Shown one piece after another: positions 58,868 through 64,000 of a stretch of 64,000 nt of DNA (positions are counted from its first letter, which is position 1; every line of letters starts with the position of its first letter). Origin of the DNA: Solirubrobacteraceae bacterium. Lineage in GTDB: Bacteria > Actinomycetota > Thermoleophilia > Solirubrobacterales > Solirubrobacteraceae. The DNA is taken from positions 407-64,406 of the forward strand of contig DATGJM010000147.1 of assembly GCA_035295205.1 (NCBI GenBank), in the 5' to 3' direction. Below the pieces are notes generated by a model, which was given only the letters and a program-made list of their open reading frames with translations, had not been told where the DNA came from and made no database searches. The position numbers were made by a program, and so were the translations under genes.

Positions 58868-59377
58868 TCAGGATGCCGGGACGGCAGCGCTGCCGGTGAG
58901 CACGGTCCGGACGTACACGGCGCGCGGCGGGGCGCTGCGGCCCTCGCAGGCTCCGCTCGCCGAGCGCGCGCCGATCAGCTTGCGCACGGTCACGTACGTC
59001 CCCCCGCCGGTCGTATGCCGGTAGCCCCGGGTTCCCCCGACGATGCGGAACGTGCCCTTCTCGGTGATCGTCGCCGAGCATCGGCGCGTGTCGAGGCGAG
59101 CCCTCAGCGAGGTCGTCTTGTTAGTCACGAACACCGACCCCGCGTGCAGGTTGATCGTGAGCACTCCCGATCTCTCGTTGTCCTCGGCGGTCCCGCGCCC
59201 GTGGATCGGGCCGGCGGCGATCACATGGATCGGCGTGTCGACGCCGTGGACGGTCGCGCCCCGCAGCGTGAGGCGCTCGGGGCGCGACTGGGCCGACACC
59301 GCGGCGCCGGCCGTCGCGACGGTCAGGATGAATGCGGCGAGGCACAGCGCCATCGAAGCGGTGAACCTTGAACCCAT
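58868..59377 (-). CDS. Secreted hypothetical beta-rich protein
   Basis: RBS AAAGGAG; signal peptide; FRIVGGTRGYRHTTGGGTY motif; two Cys in the mature part. Confidence 0.75.
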   Translation of the reverse strand: MGSRFTASMALCLAAFILTVATAGAAVSAQSRPERLTLRGATVHGVDTPIHVIAAGPIHGRGTAEDNERSGVLTINLHAGSVFVTNKTTSLRARLDTRRCSATITEKGTFRIVGGTRGYRHTTGGGTYVTVRKLIGARSASGACEGRSAPPRAVYVRTVLTGSAAVPAS

Positions 59378-59539
59378 CTGTGGCTCCTTTCGAAGAGCGG
59401 AAGAACTGACGCTCAAGCTAAGTCCGGTGCCTCGCGTTGTCGCCTGGCTGAGGTGGGATCTTCGGTCTGCCTTCAGAGGGATTCGAAGATCTGCCGGATG
59501 GCCGATGCCGGGGCGCCGGAGCGGCAGTAGCGTTAGCCC

Positions 59540-60658
59540 ATGCTCAGCCGCGCTCGTCGGCTCACGGATCCTCGGATCGTGGATGCGGCAGTCGCGCTCG
59601 TCCTCGGGGTGGTCGCGGAGACGAGCGTGTTCGTCGGGTCGGGCTGGCGCGGTCCGGCGCCGCTGAATGCGGCCGGCACGGCCTTGGTGGCGGTCTCGTT
59701 GCTGTGGCGGCGCAGCCGCCCGATGGTGGTCCTCGGCCTCTTTGCCGCAGTGATGTCGGCGCTCGCACTCGCCTTCGGCTCGTCGGATTCGCCCACCGGG
59801 CTGTTCCTGCTGATGGTGGCGCTGTACTCGGCGGGGGCCTATGGGTCGCGCCCGATCGTCGGCGTCGCCCTGCTTGGGTTGATCGCGACCGTTCACCTTG
59901 TCCGCGACAGGCAGGTCACCTCCTTCGGTGACGCCGTGTACCTGTTCGCCGTGCTCGGCTTGGTGTTTCTGGTCGGAATGGGGATGCGGGCCCGAGTCGC
60001 GCGAACCGCCGAGGTGGAGCGGCAGCGCGACACGGTCGCCGCGATCGCGGTCGAGGAGGAGCGGCGCCGGATCGCTCGCGAGCTCCACGACATCATCTCG
60101 CACAGCCTTGGGGTGCTCGTGCTCCAGGCCGGGGCCGTCGAGCAGGTGCTGGAGCGCGATCCGGAGCGCGCACGGGAGGCGTTGCGCTCGATCCGGGCAA
60201 TCGGCCAGGAGGCGATCGCCGAGATGGGCACGCTCTTGTCGCTCGTTCGAAGCGAGGCGGAGAGCTCCCGCCAGCCTCAGCCCTCGCTGGCCGACCTCGA
60301 CGCGCTCGTTCAGCGGACTCGGGACGCAGGGCTCGGCGTGAAGTTGCAGATCGAGGGCGAGCCCTGCCAGCTGCCCGCGCCGCTGGAGCTATCCGCATAC
60401 CGGATCGTCCAGGAGGGCCTCACGAACGCGCTCAAGCATGCCGGGCGGGCGCAGGCCCGGGTGACCGTCCGCTATGGCGACGATCGTCTGGAGGTGGAGG
60501 TGATCGACGACGGGGCGGGCGCGGGCAACGGCGCCGGGACACGGAGCGGGCTGGCCGGGATCGGGGAGCGAGTGGCCGTGTTCGGGGGCCGGTTCGAGGC
60601 CGGACCGCAGCCTGACGGAGGCTGGGGCGTGCGCGCGGCGCTGCCCCTGGCGCGATGA
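59540..60658 (+). CDS. HisKA_3 (NarX/DesK-like) intramembrane sensor kinase
   Basis: About five TMs; EERRRIARELHDIISH; YRIVQEGLTNALKHA; DDGAG; GLAGIGERV. Confidence 0.92.
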   Translation: MLSRARRLTDPRIVDAAVALVLGVVAETSVFVGSGWRGPAPLNAAGTALVAVSLLWRRSRPMVVLGLFAAVMSALALAFGSSDSPTGLFLLMVALYSAGAYGSRPIVGVALLGLIATVHLVRDRQVTSFGDAVYLFAVLGLVFLVGMGMRARVARTAEVERQRDTVAAIAVEEERRRIARELHDIISHSLGVLVLQAGAVEQVLERDPERAREALRSIRAIGQEAIAEMGTLLSLVRSEAESSRQPQPSLADLDALVQRTRDAGLGVKLQIEGEPCQLPAPLELSAYRIVQEGLTNALKHAGRAQARVTVRYGDDRLEVEVIDDGAGAGNGAGTRSGLAGIGERVAVFGGRFEAGPQPDGGWGVRAALPLAR

Positions 60659-61317
60659 TCCGGGTCCTCGTCGTGGACGATCAGGGCGTCGTTCGCGCGG
60701 GTCTACGCATGATCCTCGAGGCCCAGCCCGACCTCGAGGTCGTGGGGGAGGCCGGGGATGGCTCAGCCGCGATTTCGCTGGTCGGCGCGCTCGAACCGGA
60801 CGTCGTGCTGATGGACATCCGCATGCCAGCCCTGGACGGGATCGAGGCGACCCGACGGATCGCGGCCGCAGGCAGCCCCGCGCGGATCCTCGTGCTGACG
60901 ACTTACGCCCTCGACGAGTACGTCTACGAGGCGCTGAAGGCCGGGGCCGCCGGGTTCTTCGTCAAGACGGAGTCACCGGAGCGTCTGGTCGACGCCGTCC
61001 GCGTGGTGGCCGCCGGCGAATCGCTGCTGGCGCCGGAGATAACCAGGCGCCTGATCGACCACTTCCTTCTCGGCTCGCCCCCCGACGCTGCGCCGCCGCC
61101 GGAGCTCGCGGAGCTCACCAACCGCGAGCTCGAGGTCCTGCGGCACCTGGCACGTGGCCTGTCGAACAGCGAGATCGCCTCCGGCCTGTACATCAGCGAA
61201 GGGACGGTGAAGACCCATGTCGCGCGGATCCTGCTCAAGCTCGGTCTGCGCGACCGGGTACAGGCGGTCGTCTTCGCGTATGAGCACCGGCTCGTTCAGC
61301 CCGGGCAGGCGGCCTGA
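60655..61317 (+). CDS. NarL/LuxR-family response regulator
   Basis: VVDDQ, LMDIRMP, LTNRELEVL..GLSNSEIA..TVKTHV..KLGLRDRVQAVV. Confidence 0.95.
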   Translation: MIRVLVVDDQGVVRAGLRMILEAQPDLEVVGEAGDGSAAISLVGALEPDVVLMDIRMPALDGIEATRRIAAAGSPARILVLTTYALDEYVYEALKAGAAGFFVKTESPERLVDAVRVVAAGESLLAPEITRRLIDHFLLGSPPDAAPPPELAELTNRELEVLRHLARGLSNSEIASGLYISEGTVKTHVARILLKLGLRDRVQAVVFAYEHRLVQPGQAA

Positions 61318-61324
61318 GCCCTGA

Positions 61325-62251
61325 CTACGGGCTGGGGTGCGGCAGCGAGCTCGTGTCCACGACCTCGAAGTCGCTGCCGTGAAGCTCATTGAGGAGGTGC
61401 AGCGCGCTGTCGCTCCAGCGACCGTCGGGCGCGCCCGAGATGTACCAGGGAGAGCCGTTGTCGGCCAGGATCATCCCGTAGCGCTTGAGCGCCTGGGCGA
61501 CGATCCGCGCCTGGTAGGGCAGCCGGGAGATGTCGATGCCCGCCTTCAGGCGCACCCGCAACCCCATCGGCGGACAGGAGCCGCCTCCCGTGGCCGCGAA
61601 GTGACGGGCCGGATAGAGATAGCGGGCCGAGGTGCACGGCGCGGTGAAGCGCAGGGCGTGGTCGATCGACCCGCGGGCGACCTCGTCGTAGCGGGCCAGG
61701 CCGGGCAGAATCGGCAGCCCGGCGGCGTCGGCCGAGGTCCAGCCGGCTGGACGCAGATGGTTGGAGCGCAGGTTGAAGATCGCACCCGACCCGGCGTGCC
61801 AGCCGCCCCTGACCGGACGGGCGTCAAAGAGCTCATAGTCGCGACAGTTCGAGCGGTCGAGCAGGATCACGTGGCGGTCGCCGGTGCCATTCGGGCCGCC
61901 CTCGATCTTCGGATGGCGGGGGATGGGGTACGCGGCGTGGTCGGACTCGTCGGAGTAGTCGAAGCTCACGTGCACGCGTGGGGTCCGGCTTGAGACGATT
62001 GTGATCGGGATGCCGTTCGGCGCGCCGTCCCACACCGTGCCGAAGTCGGGATGCACCGGCGTGCCGGCGCCGATGACGGCGATCAGACGGGCTGAGTCGG
62101 AGGCCACGGGGAGCTGGTCGACCCGCTGGTTCCACGGGTTGTTCGAGGGGAAGATCGGGCAGTTGGCAGCGCCCGGGACCGGGTGGGCGCTGCCAAGCCC
62201 GGGCACGAGCACCGCCCCGAGGACGGCCAGCCCGAAGAGGATGCGACGCAT
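61325..62251 (-). CDS. Secreted hypothetical protein
   Basis: Signal peptide MRRILFGLAVLGAVLVPG; GDRH, WTSADAAGLP, DHALRFT, MGLRVRLK, YGMILADNG; TAGGCT 7 nt before the ATG. Confidence 0.8.
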   Translation of the reverse strand: MRRILFGLAVLGAVLVPGLGSAHPVPGAANCPIFPSNNPWNQRVDQLPVASDSARLIAVIGAGTPVHPDFGTVWDGAPNGIPITIVSSRTPRVHVSFDYSDESDHAAYPIPRHPKIEGGPNGTGDRHVILLDRSNCRDYELFDARPVRGGWHAGSGAIFNLRSNHLRPAGWTSADAAGLPILPGLARYDEVARGSIDHALRFTAPCTSARYLYPARHFAATGGGSCPPMGLRVRLKAGIDISRLPYQARIVAQALKRYGMILADNGSPWYISGAPDGRWSDSALHLLNELHGSDFEVVDTSSLPHPSP

Positions 62252-62322
62252 CTCGCAGAGCCTAGCCGCCGCCCCCGGCGACTCGGCCCGCCCGCGGACG
62301 AATGATCGGTGTGGCAGTGGCT

Positions 62323-63309
62323 CTACGCCACGACGGTGAGGCTGCGCGGGCTGACCGTGAACACGGCCTCCGGCGCCTCGCCGATGTAGTCGCCGTCGAC
62401 CTGGAGCGGCAGCGCGCGCTCGTCGCGCGAGCGCACCCTCACCTCCTGGGCGCCCGCGAACGGGTGCACGTGGCGGTGGTTGACCAGGTGGGCGCGTCGG
62501 GAGAGCATCCGCCAGGTCATCGTCGCCAGATCCAGAGGCGTAGCTCGCCTGAGCACGACGCCGGCCAGGTCGCCGCTCTCGAGCGTCGCCCCTTCGCCGA
62601 CGCCCACCGGACGGTTGCCGAAATACGTGTAGGGCTCGGCGTTCTGGACGACCGTCGTCACCCCGGCCACGACCTCCTCGCCGATCTCGGTCTCCAGACG
62701 CGGCGGGCGAACGAGGTAGCGGCGGTTGAACGTCCGGATGCCGACCGATGCGTAGTACCACTCGCCGATCCGCGCCTTCAGCCGGGGATGGGCGTCGACC
62801 CGCTCGACCACGCTGGCGTCGAGGCCGACGCCGGCGGAGAAGGTGAAGTGACGCCCGTTCACGACGCCAGTGTCGACCTTCCGCGGCCGCCAGTCGTCGG
62901 CCAGGCTCAGCAGGTGCTCGGTGGCGTCGACGATGTCGACCGGGATCCCGAGCAGGCGGCAGTAGACGTTGGCTCTTCCCCCCGGCAGGCAGGTCAGCGC
63001 GGTGTCGGTGCCGATCAAGCCGTTGGCGGCCTCGTTGACCGTGCCGTCTCCGCCGAACGCGACCACCACGTCGTAGCCCGAATTGGCCGCCTCGCGGCAC
63101 AGCTCGGTGGCGTGGTCGCGGGCCTCGGTGTCGATCGCCTCGACCTGGTAGCTGCCCCGCAGCGCGTACACGACGAGGTTCTTCAGGCGGTCGGAGACCG
63201 TGCTCGCGTATGGGTTGACGATCACGAGCATGCGCCGGCTCGGCGGTGTCTCGCCGATCCGCAGGACCGCCTCGAGGCGCGAAAGTGGATCTGAGGAAGT
63301 GGCGCCCAT
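62323..63309 (-). CDS. Diacylglycerol-kinase-family (YegS/BmrU-like) lipid kinase
   Basis: VIVNPYA, FGGDGTVNEAANGL, LPGGRAN, GVGLDA, LQVDGD. Confidence 0.9.
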   Translation of the reverse strand: MGATSSDPLSRLEAVLRIGETPPSRRMLVIVNPYASTVSDRLKNLVVYALRGSYQVEAIDTEARDHATELCREAANSGYDVVVAFGGDGTVNEAANGLIGTDTALTCLPGGRANVYCRLLGIPVDIVDATEHLLSLADDWRPRKVDTGVVNGRHFTFSAGVGLDASVVERVDAHPRLKARIGEWYYASVGIRTFNRRYLVRPPRLETEIGEEVVAGVTTVVQNAEPYTYFGNRPVGVGEGATLESGDLAGVVLRRATPLDLATMTWRMLSRRAHLVNHRHVHPFAGAQEVRVRSRDERALPLQVDGDYIGEAPEAVFTVSPRSLTVVA

Positions 63310-63437
63310 GGCGGAGTGGCCGAGCCGCGTCTCGGCCGGTGCCCACACGAAACACCGCCTACGCGGCGGCGTTACTCCCTAAAGCTAGCGTCAGAAGCTG
63401 CCGAGGACTTTGCGTATACTGCAGGACCACATAGCTG

Positions 63438-63548
63438 TACGCATCCAGAGGGGTGGAGGGATATGGCCCTACGAAGCCCCGGCAACCTCCCGTTAGGGAA
63501 CGGTGCCAATTCCATCAGGCTCCAACTACAAGGCCTGGGAGATGTGGA
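63438..63548 (+). ncRNA. SAM-I (S-box) riboswitch aptamer
   Basis: ATCCAGAGGGGTGGAGGGATATGGCCCTACGAAGCCCCGGCAACC...GGTGCCAATTCC...GGGAGATG; P1 GCATC/GATGT; TATACT -10-like hexamer at 63415-63420. Confidence 0.93.
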
Positions 63549-63564
63549 TAGGGCGGTTTCACCG

Positions 63565-63598
63565 AACCTCCGACCACTGACCCCGGCGGAGGTTTTTT
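63565..63598 (+). terminator. Riboswitch expression-platform terminator
   Basis: AACCTCCG...CGGAGGTT stem running into a T tract, just before the ATG at 63602. Confidence 0.85.
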
Positions 63599-63601
63599 CA
63601 T

Positions 63602-64000
63602 ATGCCGCCAGAGTCGCTCAGCTGCAAGGAATGCAAGACCCCATACCCGCTTGACGCGCGGTACGTGTGCGAGCGGTGCTTCGGCCCGCTCGAGGTGAGC
63701 TACGCGCCGCGCGCCGGCGCGGACGCCGAGGAACTGAGGCGCCGGATCCAAGCCGGTCCTCACTCGCTGTGGCGCTACAGCGACTTCCTCCCGGTTCAGG
63801 CGCCCCCGAGGAACGCGCTGATCGCGGGCTGGACCCCGCTGCTGCGCGCCGACCGGCTCGCGCAGGAGCTCGGTCTGCGCGAGGTGTGGATCAAGAACGA
63901 CGCCGCAAACCCCACTCACTCCTTCAAGGATCGTGTCGTATCGGTGGCGCTCGCCCGCGCCCGCGAGCTCGGGTACACCACGATCGCCTGCGCCTCGACC
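63602..64000 (+). CDS. Threonine-synthase-like PLP enzyme (3'-truncated; absent from the ORF track)
   Basis: MPPESLSCKEC...CERCFGPLEV...SLWRY.DFLP...GWTPL...KNDAANPTHSFKDRVVSVA...ACAST. Confidence 0.9.
   Translation, partial: MPPESLSCKECKTPYPLDARYVCERCFGPLEVSYAPRAGADAEELRRRIQAGPHSLWRYSDFLPVQAPPRNALIAGWTPLLRADRLAQELGLREVWIKNDAANPTHSFKDRVVSVALARARELGYTTIACAST

Overview
A very GC-rich bacterial chromosomal segment. Gene content and order (pdxST...yebC...ruvCAB-secDF-recJ-rel, monomeric IDH, many apparently leaderless genes) suggest Actinomycetota, probably Thermoleophilia/Solirubrobacterales; this is an inference. From left to right it contains: (1) a choline/one-carbon catabolic cluster (purU partial, glyA, a threonine/serine ammonia-lyase, IclR, betA, an aldehyde dehydrogenase, an APC permease); (2) mixed metabolic and regulatory genes, including a NitT/TauT-type ABC importer divergent from a CitAB-type two-component system, and a tRNA-CAT (Ile2-like); (3) pdxST, a PutA split into two genes with a sugar transferase between them, a GGDEF-EAL protein, an adenylate cyclase and a GT2 + GT-C-like pair; (4) ruvCAB, secDF, recJ and rel, a stretch crowded with tandem duplications; (5) a two-gene module of a MOBC/Replic_Relax-like nuclease-relaxase and a VirD4/TraD-like coupling ATPase, with no integrase, replication or T4SS genes in view, which is the best candidate for an undescribed system; and (6) a SAM-I riboswitch ahead of a ThrC-like gene cut off by the window end. 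No CRISPR array, rRNA, transposase or prophage was seen. All protein family calls come from motif recognition by eye, not from database searches, and several start codons are my best estimate.
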